In this document: in pieces, positions 49,022-58,857 of the stretch
How the letters are laid out: each line of letters begins with the position of its first letter
How positions within the stretch are numbered: the stretch's first letter is position 1
NCBI GenBank assembly: GCA_965199955.1
Contig: CBDATQ010000002.1
Coordinates: 1,504,001 to 1,568,000 of the forward strand
Length of the DNA: 64,000 nt
Source of the DNA: Spirochaetia bacterium
GTDB taxonomy: Bacteria; Spirochaetota; Spirochaetia; SZUA-6; Bin103
Reading direction: 5' to 3'
The notes under the pieces: model-generated
Seen by the model: only the letters and a program-made list of their open reading frames with translations
What the model was told of the DNA's origin: nothing
The model's database searches: none
Program-made: the position numbers and the translations under genes

Positions 49022-50194
49022 TCAGGGCAACCGCCAGCGGACGACCTCGCACACGTTGCGCTGCACGCCCTTGGACTCCGGCGGCTCGTTCAGGAAAGCG
49101 GTGATCATGTAGCAGGTGATCAGCTCATCGTCGTCGAGCTCGACCGTTACCGGCCAGCCGGTATAGCAGTCCGCCGAGACCGCAAGCTGGATCGGCTCGT
49201 CGAAGCTCCACGTTCGGCCGCCGTCTTCGGATGTCTGGGCACACACGCCGAACGGCAGGTGGTAGTTGGTATAGGTCGCCAGCAGCCGGCCGTCGCGCAG
49301 GACGAGCAGGTTCACCTGCACCTCGGCGAGATTGGTCATCGGCCACGGCTCGCACCACGTGGCGCCGTCGTCGTCCGACGCGGTGAGGTAGGTGAGCTGC
49401 TGCCCCTCTCCCTCCGTGCCGGGCGGGTTGGTCCGCAGCGACGCCAGCAGCCGGCCGTCAGGAAGGCGCGCGACCGAGATCTCGCCGAAGGTGCTCACCG
49501 ACCATGCGACGTGTCCCGTCGTGCGCTCCCAGGTCCGGCCGCCGTCCCGCGAGCGGCTCAACTCGAGGTGCGGGTTCGGTGCGAAGTCCCTGCCTGCCGC
49601 GTCGTAGAAGCGCTGCAGGTACGCCGAGCCGAGCGGGCGCACCATGAGCAGGCTGCCGTCCGCTTCCACCAGCACGTTGCGCGGCTTCCCCAGCCCGTCG
49701 AGGGAATCGGTCGTCCAGGTCCGGCCGCCGTCGGTCGAGCGGTGGTACTGCATCCGGATCCCATTGCCGGGAATCGCCGTCGACTCCACCGTGAGCAGCA
49801 GGGAGTCGTCGTGCAGGGCGGTCAGGCTCATCTCCTTGCCGAGGAGCGTCGTCTCGCCGATCTCCCGCCAAGTCAACCCGCGGTCGGCACTGCGGTAGAC
49901 GTGGACGCCGAACAGCCCATGCACATCGATCCTGCGGCACGCCGCAGCGACCAGCGTGCCGTCGGACAGGCGCGCGATCGCTCCCTTGAAGTTGCCGCGC
50001 GGCCCGACGCGGGTGCGCACGGCGGGCGCCTGCCGCCGCACGAACACGCGCTGCAGGTTGATGCCCGTGAACCCCGAGATCGACGACGGGTAGCGGTCGT
50101 AGTCGTAGCCGGCGAGCAGCGGAGCGTTGCGCGCCGCCTCCTCGGGCGTGGGACGGTCGCCGCCCGCTGCGTTCAGATCCGGCTCGGTGGCCAC
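49022..50194 (-). CDS. BNR/Asp-box sialidase-like protein
   Basis: Five Asp-boxes (SADRGLTW, STDGGRTW, SRDGGRTW, SDDDGATW, SEDGGRTW). Confidence 0.8.
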   Translation of the reverse strand: MATEPDLNAAGGDRPTPEEAARNAPLLAGYDYDRYPSSISGFTGINLQRVFVRRQAPAVRTRVGPRGNFKGAIARLSDGTLVAAACRRIDVHGLFGVHVYRSADRGLTWREIGETTLLGKEMSLTALHDDSLLLTVESTAIPGNGIRMQYHRSTDGGRTWTTDSLDGLGKPRNVLVEADGSLLMVRPLGSAYLQRFYDAAGRDFAPNPHLELSRSRDGGRTWERTTGHVAWSVSTFGEISVARLPDGRLLASLRTNPPGTEGEGQQLTYLTASDDDGATWCEPWPMTNLAEVQVNLLVLRDGRLLATYTNYHLPFGVCAQTSEDGGRTWSFDEPIQLAVSADCYTGWPVTVELDDDELITCYMITAFLNEPPESKGVQRNVCEVVRWRLP

Positions 50195-50197
50195 GGG

Positions 50198-50935
50198 TCA
50201 GCCCCGCCCGGCGGCGATCCGGTCCTTCATCTCGGCCTGCTGCCGCTGCATGCGGGCCACGGCGTCGCGGTACCCGGCGACGGTCGGCGGTCGGGCCGAT
50301 TGCAGGTACGCCAGCACCTCCTGCTCGGCGGCCATGAAGTCGTCTGCCAGAGCGGCTACCTGACGGGCGATCGCCGGCGGGATGGTCACGACGCCGTTGC
50401 GGTCACCATGGATCAGGTCGCCGGGTCGTATGGTGATCCCGCCGACCTGCACGGGGATGCCGGTGCCCACCAGGTAGCTGAACCCGTGCGAGCAGATCGT
50501 CCCGCCGGTGAACGCCGCGAAGCGCAGGGCCTGCACCTGCTCCAGGTCGCGCCCGGCGCCGGAGGTGACCAAGCCGCGCGCCCCGAACGCCTGGTAGCTG
50601 CTGCAGGACACGTCGCCGAAGCAGGCCGCGGCCGGCGGCTCGTCCAGGTCCTGGATCACGACCACCGCGGGGCCGGGCAGCGACTCGAAGGTCTCAAGCA
50701 ACTCGGCGGGCTCGCACCCCTCGCCTTCGGCCGGAGCGTAGGCGGACCGATAGGTCGCCGTAGCCGCATAGCCGACCATCGGCGGCAGGTCGGGATACTC
50801 GCAGCGGATGCGCCGGTCCATGTAGCCGGCGGCCGGTGAGCGCACGTCGAACAGCTCGACGATGTTGCAGATGGTCGGAGTGTCGATGCGAGCCAGATCG
50901 TCGAGGAGGGACGCCTCCGCGGGCGGTGCTGCCAT
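50198..50935 (-). CDS. RraA / HMG-aldolase family protein
   Basis: DTPTICN, PPMVGYA, GAGRDL, PGDLIHGDRNGV. Confidence 0.88.
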   Translation of the reverse strand: MAAPPAEASLLDDLARIDTPTICNIVELFDVRSPAAGYMDRRIRCEYPDLPPMVGYAATATYRSAYAPAEGEGCEPAELLETFESLPGPAVVVIQDLDEPPAAACFGDVSCSSYQAFGARGLVTSGAGRDLEQVQALRFAAFTGGTICSHGFSYLVGTGIPVQVGGITIRPGDLIHGDRNGVVTIPPAIARQVAALADDFMAAEQEVLAYLQSARPPTVAGYRDAVARMQRQQAEMKDRIAAGRG

Positions 50936-51053
50936 GTCGTGCTCCGGGTGTGGCAGCGGGTCGTCCTTGACGGCCGGTGGCACGCTGCCTACGGTGAGTG
51001 ATCTGCGTACCATCATCGACCAAGTCGATGCTTACCACAAGGGAGGATCCCAA

Positions 51054-52763
51054 ATGAGAAAGGTCGCAATTCTGATCATACTTTCCATGGCGCTGCCGCT
51101 GTTCGCGGAAGGCGGGGGAGAGTCCGCAACGATGGAACCCGAACGGGGTATCTGGATCTGGGGGGTGCCGCGCGGACCCTTCGAAGGCGAGCTGCTCGAC
51201 GTCTCCAACGAATGGGCGCTCGAGAAGTTCGGCATCACCGTCGACCGGATCGACAAGGTGCCCACCGGTCAGACCGCCGACCAGGCGCTGCAGCTCCTGA
51301 TCGCGCAGGACCAGTTCCCGGACCTGATGTGGAACATGCCCTTCACGACCATGGCCGCCCTGGCGGCCGGCGGGCGGCTGCTGCCGCTCGACAAGTACTT
51401 CCGCGACTCCGTGAACTACCCGATCATCGCCAGCGCCTGCCAGACCTACATGTCGAAGTACAAGGTCAACGGCCAGATCTACGGCCTGCCCGGCTGGGAG
51501 TGGGCGGTGAAGTGCGAGGACGTGTCCATGGACGTCCTCTGGTACATCCGCAAGGACATCTACGAGGAGCATGGCAATCCGCAGACCACCGATGAGCTGC
51601 TCGACCTGCTGCGGGCGGTCAAGGCGTCCGGCCTGACCGACCTCAAGGGCGATCCGGTCATCCCGTTCCAGTGGCGCAGCGCCTGGTCGCCGGTCAACAG
51701 CCGGGTCATCTATCAGCTCAAGGGAGCCGGCTGGGAAGTGGACGCAGAAAGTCGGCTGCTGCCCGAGTGGGCGTCGGTGGAGACCTACGAGGCGTTCAAG
51801 TTCCTCAACCTGCTCTGGAACGAGGACCTGCTCGGCAAGGGTCAGTTCATCATGGACACGGCCGGATTCCAGGATCTGCTGAAGACGGCCAGCATCGCGG
51901 TCGCCACCGGCGAGCCGTGGTACGCGTCGCTCATCACCGACGTCGTCCCCGCTCTCATCGAGGAGTACGGCCGTGACGCGCCGCAGACGCAGGCCGCGCT
52001 CGACTCGCAGCTCATCATGATGGCCAACCCGATCAAGGACGCGCCGGGCCGGATCGTCAACAAGCAGCCCAACCCGTCGCTGATCTCGGCCGACATCCCC
52101 AACCCCGACGGGGTGATGAGCTTCATCCAGTGGCACATGACCGACGAGGGCCGGATCTCCAACATGTTCGCGGCCGGTTATCTGGGCGTGCACTGGGACT
52201 TCGTGGAGGGACCCGAGGTGTGGCGCATGAAGCCGGAGCTGCAGGGCAAGCATCCCCACGACACGCGGCAGATCGCCAACTCGCAGGACTCGGTCGAGAT
52301 CACCATTCAGGCGGGACGGCCGCCGCTGGTGACGCCGCACGCGCACTGGTTCGGCACGCCGAACTACGGCTCGTGGCAGCCGCGGCTCACCTACCACAGC
52401 CAGCAGTCGGCGCGCGAGAACGGCATCCTCGGCGAGCGCGTCGGCGATCTGTCGGCCGTGGTGAGCGCGATCCCGTCGTATTCGCAGCTCACGGTGGCGT
52501 TGCCGCCGCGTGAGGCGTCGGCGGTGGCCACGGCCCTGGAGCGGTTCGACGCCGCTCTGGCGGGGCTGATCACCTCCAGCGACTTCGAGGCCGACTACGA
52601 TGCCTTTCTTGCCAGCATGATCGACATCACCGACTGGCGGCCCATCTTCGAGGAGCGCCAGCAGCGGTGGGAGCAGTGGATGAGCGACAACAACGTCGAC
52701 GACCGCGAGTCGCTGCACACCGTCACGCCGCGTGCCGAGTGGGCCGCGGTGATGGGCTGGTAA
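51054..52763 (+). CDS. Extracellular solute-binding protein
   Basis: GGAGG RBS, signal MRKVAILIILSMALPLFA, NGQIYGLP, YIRKDIYE, PQTTDELL. Confidence 0.85.
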   Translation: MRKVAILIILSMALPLFAEGGGESATMEPERGIWIWGVPRGPFEGELLDVSNEWALEKFGITVDRIDKVPTGQTADQALQLLIAQDQFPDLMWNMPFTTMAALAAGGRLLPLDKYFRDSVNYPIIASACQTYMSKYKVNGQIYGLPGWEWAVKCEDVSMDVLWYIRKDIYEEHGNPQTTDELLDLLRAVKASGLTDLKGDPVIPFQWRSAWSPVNSRVIYQLKGAGWEVDAESRLLPEWASVETYEAFKFLNLLWNEDLLGKGQFIMDTAGFQDLLKTASIAVATGEPWYASLITDVVPALIEEYGRDAPQTQAALDSQLIMMANPIKDAPGRIVNKQPNPSLISADIPNPDGVMSFIQWHMTDEGRISNMFAAGYLGVHWDFVEGPEVWRMKPELQGKHPHDTRQIANSQDSVEITIQAGRPPLVTPHAHWFGTPNYGSWQPRLTYHSQQSARENGILGERVGDLSAVVSAIPSYSQLTVALPPREASAVATALERFDAALAGLITSSDFEADYDAFLASMIDITDWRPIFEERQQRWEQWMSDNNVDDRESLHTVTPRAEWAAVMGW

Positions 52764-52805
52764 TCGCGGGGCGCACGACGATCCGACCGCGGATTCACAG
52801 ACGGC

Positions 52806-52842
52806 GTGGCCGAGCGGGAGTGTTTCCCGCTCGGCCACTTTT
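52806..52842 (+). terminator. Intrinsic terminator
   Basis: Perfect 14-bp stem GTGGCCGAGCGGGA-GTGTT-TCCCGCTCGGCCAC followed by TTTT. Confidence 0.85.
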
Positions 52843-52868
52843 GCGTACACGCTACCAAGGAGGGGGCG

Positions 52869-54089
52869 ATGCCGATGACGAAGCGTGCTGCAGGCCTGGA
52901 GATCGCGTCTCGACCGTATGTCACGATGCTCGGCCCGGAGGCGGCCGACCAGCTCCGCAAGTTCCACACCCTGGAGTGCCTGCAGGAGCGTGGCTGTATC
53001 CTGCGCTACACCGACCAGGGGCTGCGGGCGCGCGTGCCGCCGATCGTTCCCTACGCGCCGTTCGAGCGCTCGCGCGTCTATACCGCGAGCCGCGAGGCCG
53101 GCTCCTGGAACATCGACTCGCAGCTCGCCGCGCTGGACGGCCGCTACTACTACGGGTTCACCAACGGCCGTCTCGACGAGGACACCGAGGGACAGCAGGT
53201 GCGCATCTCGCACTCCGCCGACGGGCGCGACTGGAGCCCGCCCGCGTCCGTGATCGGCGGAGATGAGGACACGCGCGACTCGTACAAGTGCGTCGGCCTG
53301 ACCGCGCTGAACGGATCGCTCTACATGCTGATCCGCTGGGCGCAGCGCGTGCGCGATCCGGACTCGACCGCGGTCGGCGGCGGCTACTACGCCGACTGGC
53401 ACAACGCGCGCACCTACGTCTACGCCTCACGCGACGGCAACTCCTGGTCGCGGGAAGCGGAGTTGCCGGAGCGCGTGGCGGCGACCTACGAGTCGCCTCG
53501 CCTGACCTCCGAAGGTCGGCTCCTCGGCGTGGCGTCGATCGACCGGCGCAGCGGGCCGGCGATCCTCCTGTGGCCGGGAGCGGACATCCTGCAGGAGCCC
53601 GAGATCCTGCCGCTGCCGCAGCCGTTCGGGGCGAAGCTGGACGGCGGCGAATCGAGCTGGTACCAGACCGATGACGGCACGATCGTGATCTTCTGGCGGG
53701 ACGAGAGCCAGTCGGGGCGCGTCTGGGTCAATCACAGCAGCGACGGCGGACGCACCTTCAGCGATCCCATGATCTCCGACATCCCGGACGCGATGTCGCG
53801 CAACTACGCGGGGCGGTTGACCGACGGCCGCTACTACCTGTGCAACAACGCCAACGCGACGCTGCACAACCGCATGCACCTGACGCTGCTGATCGGAGAG
53901 GACGGGTATCGGTTCGATTCCGTGCACATCCTGGTCGACGATCCGACCGACCAGCGGATCCTCGGGCTGCTCAAGCTGCCGGGCTACATGTATCCGTGCT
54001 GCCTGGAGGAGCCCGGCCGCCTGCTGGTCGGTTATTCCGTGAACAAGGAAGATATCGAGCTCGGCGCGGTGGACGTCACGGCCATCTGA
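52869..54089 (+). CDS. Exo-alpha-sialidase-like BNR protein
   Basis: AAGGAGG RBS; SADGRDW, SRDGNSW, SSDGGRTF, YMYP, YSVNKEDI. Confidence 0.75.
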   Translation: MPMTKRAAGLEIASRPYVTMLGPEAADQLRKFHTLECLQERGCILRYTDQGLRARVPPIVPYAPFERSRVYTASREAGSWNIDSQLAALDGRYYYGFTNGRLDEDTEGQQVRISHSADGRDWSPPASVIGGDEDTRDSYKCVGLTALNGSLYMLIRWAQRVRDPDSTAVGGGYYADWHNARTYVYASRDGNSWSREAELPERVAATYESPRLTSEGRLLGVASIDRRSGPAILLWPGADILQEPEILPLPQPFGAKLDGGESSWYQTDDGTIVIFWRDESQSGRVWVNHSSDGGRTFSDPMISDIPDAMSRNYAGRLTDGRYYLCNNANATLHNRMHLTLLIGEDGYRFDSVHILVDDPTDQRILGLLKLPGYMYPCCLEEPGRLLVGYSVNKEDIELGAVDVTAI

Positions 54090-55019
54090 TCATTCCTTGA
54101 TGGAGCCGATCATCACGCCCTTGATGAAGTAACGCTGGATGAAGGGGTAGACGCACAGGATCGGCACCGTCGTCACCACGATGAAGGCGAATTTCAGCGA
54201 CTCCGGTGTCAGCCGATGGAGCTGTTGCAGCACGTTGTGATCGAGGCGCAAGTCGTCGCGGCCGGCGCCGCCGCCGTGGTGCCAGAGCGCCGCCAGGTGA
54301 TCGGACAGCCCGCCTTCCAGGATCGCTTCCTGGAGGAAGGTCTGCAGCGGCCGCAGGTCGGGCGCACTCACGTAGAACGCGCCGAAGAACCAGTCGTTCC
54401 AGTGCCACACGGCGTTGAATAGTCCCATCGTGGCGATCATGGGCAGCGACAGCGGCATCGCGATCCGGAAGAAGATCGTCAGGTAGTTGGCGCCGTCGAT
54501 CACCGCCGCCTCCACCAGCCCGTCGGGCAGACTCCGGAACGAGGTCTTCATGACGATCATCATCCACACGTTGAAGACGACCGGTATGACGTAGACGAGG
54601 AAGTTGTTGATCAGGCCGATAGTGCGCAGCACCATGTACAGGGGAATCAGCCCGCCGTTGACGAACATGGTGATGAAGAACAGCAGGATCACGGCGTTTC
54701 GGCCCACGAACTCCGGACGCGTCAGCGCGAACGCCGCGCCGCCGGTGACCATCAGCGTGAGCGGCACGGCCACGCCCACCCGCGCGACCGTGATCATATA
54801 GGCCTTCCAGATCCCGGTGACGGTGAACACCTGTTGGTAGTTGGCGTAGTAGAAGCCCCTCGGCCACAGGAAGCGGAGCGGAAAGCCCGGATCCGTGAAC
54901 GACCCCTGCAGCACGAACCAGAACGGGTACAGGGTCGCCAGCGCGAACAGCGTCAGGAACACGTGGTTGGCGACCCCGAACAGCCGCTCCGAAGCCGTCA
55001 AGCGATATCCGGCAACCAT
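54090..55019 (-). CDS. Carbohydrate ABC permease (LplC-like)
   Basis: VNGGLIPLY, VEAAVIDGA, YPFIQRYFIKGVMIGSIKE. Confidence 0.92.
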   Translation of the reverse strand: MVAGYRLTASERLFGVANHVFLTLFALATLYPFWFVLQGSFTDPGFPLRFLWPRGFYYANYQQVFTVTGIWKAYMITVARVGVAVPLTLMVTGGAAFALTRPEFVGRNAVILLFFITMFVNGGLIPLYMVLRTIGLINNFLVYVIPVVFNVWMMIVMKTSFRSLPDGLVEAAVIDGANYLTIFFRIAMPLSLPMIATMGLFNAVWHWNDWFFGAFYVSAPDLRPLQTFLQEAILEGGLSDHLAALWHHGGGAGRDDLRLDHNVLQQLHRLTPESLKFAFIVVTTVPILCVYPFIQRYFIKGVMIGSIKE

Positions 55020-55045
55020 CGTCGTTCCCTCTACCCCGCCGCTCC

Positions 55046-56029
55046 CTACGGAGGCAGCAGGCGGAGGAAGTTCCCGCCCGCGACCTTCGCCAGCGTCCCG
55101 CCGTCCACGCCGCGGCGATCCAGCACCTGGAACACGTCGTCGAGGCGCGACACGTCCGCCGGGATCGCCTCGCTCCACATCGGCAGGCCGTCGAAATCGG
55201 AACCGATGCCGACGTGGTCGGGTCCCATCACCTCGAGCGCGTGCAGCACGTGGTCGGCCAGCCGCTCCAGGGTCGGTTTCTCCCGGTCGATGAAGCCGGG
55301 GTAGAAGGCGATGCCCATCACCCCGCCGCGCTCGGCCAGCGCGCGCATCATGTCGTCGGTCAGCGACCGGGAGTGCGGGCAGAGCGCGTAGCACCCCCCG
55401 TGCGTGTAGCAGACCGGGACGTCGGCCGTCTCCAGCACCTCCCAGAACGCCGCATCGTTGCTGTGAGCCAAGTCCACGGGCATCGCCAGGCGGGCCATCT
55501 CCGCAAGCGCGTCGCGCGCGAACGGCGTCAGCCCCTTGGACTGCCGCCGCAGGGTCTCCCGCTCGGCGGGAGTGATGTAGCCGAAGAAGCTGTCGGAGTA
55601 CTGCAGCTCCGGAGGCCGGCCGCCGCCATGGGTGAGGTTGGCGATCCGGACGCCCAGCCGGTGCCATGTGCGCAGGTGGCCGAGCCGTTCGCGGAACATC
55701 GACTGCCCCTCGATCGTCATGACGATGGCTATCTTGCCGGCGGCGCGTGCCCGCCGCACGTCGCCGGCGGATCGGCAGAATGCGTACTCCCCGTCGGGGT
55801 CTCCGCACATGCCGTAGATCGAGTCGATCAGCGATACGGAGGCGTCGAGATCGCTGTCCCCGACCATGCAGAACAGGCAGTCGACGCCGCCCGCGCGCAG
55901 GCGCGGCAGGTCGATCTGGTAGCTCGGGTCGGGAGGCGTCAGGTCGACCGCATCGCTCTTGTTCTGGCGCCGGATCAGGGTGTCGCAGTGGGCGTCCACC
56001 ACCAGGAACGTGTCGGTCAGGCGCTCCAT
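55046..56029 (-). CDS. Membrane dipeptidase (M19, amidohydrolase fold)
   Basis: DAHCD, TIEG, VDLAH, THGG, HVGIGSDFDG. Confidence 0.9.
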   Translation of the reverse strand: MERLTDTFLVVDAHCDTLIRRQNKSDAVDLTPPDPSYQIDLPRLRAGGVDCLFCMVGDSDLDASVSLIDSIYGMCGDPDGEYAFCRSAGDVRRARAAGKIAIVMTIEGQSMFRERLGHLRTWHRLGVRIANLTHGGGRPPELQYSDSFFGYITPAERETLRRQSKGLTPFARDALAEMARLAMPVDLAHSNDAAFWEVLETADVPVCYTHGGCYALCPHSRSLTDDMMRALAERGGVMGIAFYPGFIDREKPTLERLADHVLHALEVMGPDHVGIGSDFDGLPMWSEAIPADVSRLDDVFQVLDRRGVDGGTLAKVAGGNFLRLLPP

Positions 56030-56033
56030 CGCA

Positions 56034-57263
56034 TCATCCCTCCGTGAACCACTCGCACGGCACCACCTTGACCTTGGTGCCGAAGTGCTTGCGTTTGCCG
56101 GTGACCGGGTCCGGCCGCCACCCGTAGTCGTAGCAGATCACGGCGTCGGTGCCGGCGAAGGTGATCGCCGAATAGGCGCAGCGCACCGCGCCGGGCGCGC
56201 GGTGGTAGCGGTTGCGGTCGATCGGCTGCTTGTAGCCGTCGATCGGCTGCTGGTACACCAGCAGGGGCGGCACCGGCAGGTGGCACTCGTCGTCCAGCGA
56301 CTCCAGGTTCCTGAAGTGCTTCCAGGTGCGCCCTTCGTCCGAGGACACCGCGCTGGAGAGGCGGTGCCGGGCCAGGCCGCCGGCGATCTCGTCGGGCGAC
56401 GCCTGGTTCCAGATCACCAGCAGGTCGCCGGAGCCGGGCAGGCGCGCGGTGGTCGGCGGCGCGTCGGCGGCGGCCAGCCCGCTCGGCTGCGGCTTCGACC
56501 AGCTTACCCCACCGTCTGCCGAGTAGCTCATGAACAGCGTACCCAGCCGGCAGCGGGCAAAGTTGATCAAGCGGCCTTCGCGCAGCTCCTCCGCCACCGG
56601 CTCGCCGTACTTCTCGAACTGCAGGTACTCGTACAGTCCCGGCGGCTCTTCCTCCACCAGGCGGAACCCCTTGCCGTCCACCAGGTCGTACTCGACGTCG
56701 TTGTGGCGGATCATCAGTTCGTTGGCGCTGCGCTGCCAGGTACGGCCCTCGTCGTCGGAGAAGTAGGCGAACGAATAGGAGAGCTGCGTGCCGTCCTGCT
56801 CGGCGTCTTCCACGTGGTGGCTGATCCAGCGGTAGGCGGGGCAGAGGATGCGACCGTCCTCCAGCACCCGCGCGCAGCCGTTGCGCAGAACCGCGAAGTG
56901 AGAGTCCACCAGGGTCTGTTCCGACCAGGTCCTCCCCTCGTCGGTCGACACCCGGAATCCTAGCGGACCGTCGCGGCCCGGCTGCTGGGGCAAGGTGGAG
57001 TAGAAAATGCCGAGCTTGCCGGAGGCCAGCCGCAGCGGGCTGGAACGCCAGCCGACGATCCGCTCGCCCGACACCGACCGGAGGAAGAACGGCTCCTCCC
57101 AGGTGCGGCAGCGGTCGCGCGAGACGATGCCCTGCAGGTAGCGCACTTCCCGCAGGCTGTAGGTGAGCATGACCGCCTCGTCTTCCAGCGTCACCACGCT
57201 CGCCTCCCAGGGGGTGAGGTCTTCCGCGATCGGCATGCACTCGAACGGTTCGGCTCCGGACAT
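56034..57263 (-). CDS. BNR/Asp-box sialidase-like protein
   Basis: Asp-boxes STDEGRTW, SDDEGRTW, SADGGVSW, SSDEGRTW. Confidence 0.8.
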   Translation of the reverse strand: MSGAEPFECMPIAEDLTPWEASVVTLEDEAVMLTYSLREVRYLQGIVSRDRCRTWEEPFFLRSVSGERIVGWRSSPLRLASGKLGIFYSTLPQQPGRDGPLGFRVSTDEGRTWSEQTLVDSHFAVLRNGCARVLEDGRILCPAYRWISHHVEDAEQDGTQLSYSFAYFSDDEGRTWQRSANELMIRHNDVEYDLVDGKGFRLVEEEPPGLYEYLQFEKYGEPVAEELREGRLINFARCRLGTLFMSYSADGGVSWSKPQPSGLAAADAPPTTARLPGSGDLLVIWNQASPDEIAGGLARHRLSSAVSSDEGRTWKHFRNLESLDDECHLPVPPLLVYQQPIDGYKQPIDRNRYHRAPGAVRCAYSAITFAGTDAVICYDYGWRPDPVTGKRKHFGTKVKVVPCEWFTEG

Positions 57264-57282
57264 GTTGCTTCCTCCCCGAATC

Positions 57283-58191
57283 TCAGAAGATCCCGTGACC
57301 GACCGAGCCCTTGGAGACGCGGTTGGCGATCAGCGTCAGCGCCAGTCCGACGACCGAGTAGATCAGGCCGACCGCGGTGGCGAACGAGTACTGCCCCTGC
57401 ATGAGGCCGATGCGGATCACGTAGATGTCGGTGATGTAGGCGACCCGGCGAGTCGCGGGGTTGGCGAGATTCCAGATCTGGTCGAGGCCGGCCTGCAGGA
57501 TCGCCGGGACCTGCAGCACCAGCAGGATGGCGATGATCGGCAGGATTCCCGGCAGCGTGATGTTCCACGCCTGGCGTAGCCGTCCGGCGCCGTCGATCTC
57601 GCCCTGCTCGTAGAGCTCGGGGTTGATGCCGCTCATGGCGGCCAGGTAGATGATCGTGCCCCAGCCCACTTCCTTGAAGATCGCCGTAATCACCACCAGC
57701 GGCAGAAAGAAGGACTGATCGCCCATCAGCGCGACCGGCGCCAGACCGAACAGCCCGCGCACCAGGTTGATCGGGCTGTCGGCCTCGAAACCCAGAACAC
57801 GGTAGGTGATGCCGGCCAGGATCACCCAGGAGATGAAGTGGGGGAGATAGCTGATCGTCTGCACCACGCGCTTGAAGCCGGGGCGCCGCACCTCGTTGAG
57901 CAGCAGCGCCAGGACGATCGGCGCCGGCCAGGAGAAGACGAACTTGACGACCGAGATGCGTACCGTGTTGCGCAGCACGTACCAGAACTCGGAGTCCTGC
58001 AGGAACCAGAAGTTGTAGAACAGCGGCTTCGACCAGGGGCTCCGGAACGGGCCGAGCGAGGCGTTGAAGTCCCGGAACGCCAGCGTGATGCCGTAGATGG
58101 GCAGGTAGTTGAAGACGATGACTGCCGCGACCGCCGGCAGGGCCAGGACGTACAGCCAGCGGTAGCGCCACAGGTACTGGAGCGCTCCCAT
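57283..58191 (-). CDS. Sugar ABC permease (LplB-like)
   Basis: SYLPHFISWV, GWGTIIYLAA, LYEQGEIDGA. Confidence 0.92.
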   Translation of the reverse strand: MGALQYLWRYRWLYVLALPAVAAVIVFNYLPIYGITLAFRDFNASLGPFRSPWSKPLFYNFWFLQDSEFWYVLRNTVRISVVKFVFSWPAPIVLALLLNEVRRPGFKRVVQTISYLPHFISWVILAGITYRVLGFEADSPINLVRGLFGLAPVALMGDQSFFLPLVVITAIFKEVGWGTIIYLAAMSGINPELYEQGEIDGAGRLRQAWNITLPGILPIIAILLVLQVPAILQAGLDQIWNLANPATRRVAYITDIYVIRIGLMQGQYSFATAVGLIYSVVGLALTLIANRVSKGSVGHGIF

Positions 58192-58229
58192 CGACTCCCG
58201 ATCATAGCGCCGCGTGCCCCGAAGCGTCG

Positions 58230-58430
58230 CGCTGGCGCCGGCGACTACCTGCGGCGCGCCACGGAGTCGTACGCCGGGGGTGCGGCCGGGCTGTCGCTGT
58301 GGGACTGTGACCGGCGCATCATCACCCGCAGCCAGTGGAACACGATCCGGCGCCTCGGCCACCGCGGCGACCTGCAGCGGATGGCCGCCGAGCCGTGCGA
58401 CCCCCTGAAGCACCGGTGCTCCTGGTCGAC
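58230..58430 (+). pseudogene. C-terminal remnant of a TIM-barrel (GHL10-like) gene
   Basis: YLRRATESYAGGAAGLSLWD..QWNTIRRLGH resembles YRDGAAGIALFN in 13092-14732; no start. Confidence 0.4.
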
Positions 58431-58497
58431 GGCTGGAACCCCTCGCACTACACGTAGCCTGGACGCGGTCAGTCGGACGCTGGACAATGAGCTGTCC

Positions 58498-58857
58498 ATG
58501 GGAGGGGAGATTGTGAATGCCGTTGAGGACCAGATAGACAGAGCGACGATCCGGGCCATGGCGCAACTGATCGTCGAGCGCTTCGATCCGGAGCAGATCA
58601 TTCTCTTCGGCAGCCATGCCCGCGGCGAGGGCAGCGAGCATAGCGATGTCGACCTGCTGGTCGTGTTGCGCTCAGATGCTGTGAGGCCACGGCGCGGCAA
58701 TCCGATTCGTCGGGCGATTGCCGAGCGTTTCGTGTTGCCGGTCGACGTGATGGTCCGCTCTCCGGAAGTCCTTGCGGGGCAGCGCAAGGACCCGTATTCC
58801 ATGATTCACAAGGTGCTGGAGGAGGGGGAAGTATTGTATGAGCGACGTGTGGCCTGA
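58498..58857 (+). CDS. Minimal nucleotidyltransferase (MNT)
   Basis: ILFGSHARGEGSEHSDVDLLVV (GSx10DxD); start could be 58498 or 58513. Confidence 0.88.
   Translation: MGGEIVNAVEDQIDRATIRAMAQLIVERFDPEQIILFGSHARGEGSEHSDVDLLVVLRSDAVRPRRGNPIRRAIAERFVLPVDVMVRSPEVLAGQRKDPYSMIHKVLEEGEVLYERRVA

Noticed and set aside
50694..53402. 902-aa minus-strand ORF
   Set aside because: Antisense shadow of the binding-protein and sialidase-like genes; expected in high-GC DNA, no motifs
57838..58497. Apparent 339-aa fusion ending in an MNT domain
   Set aside because: The upstream part is antisense to a permease plus a gene remnant; the MNT starts near 58498-58513
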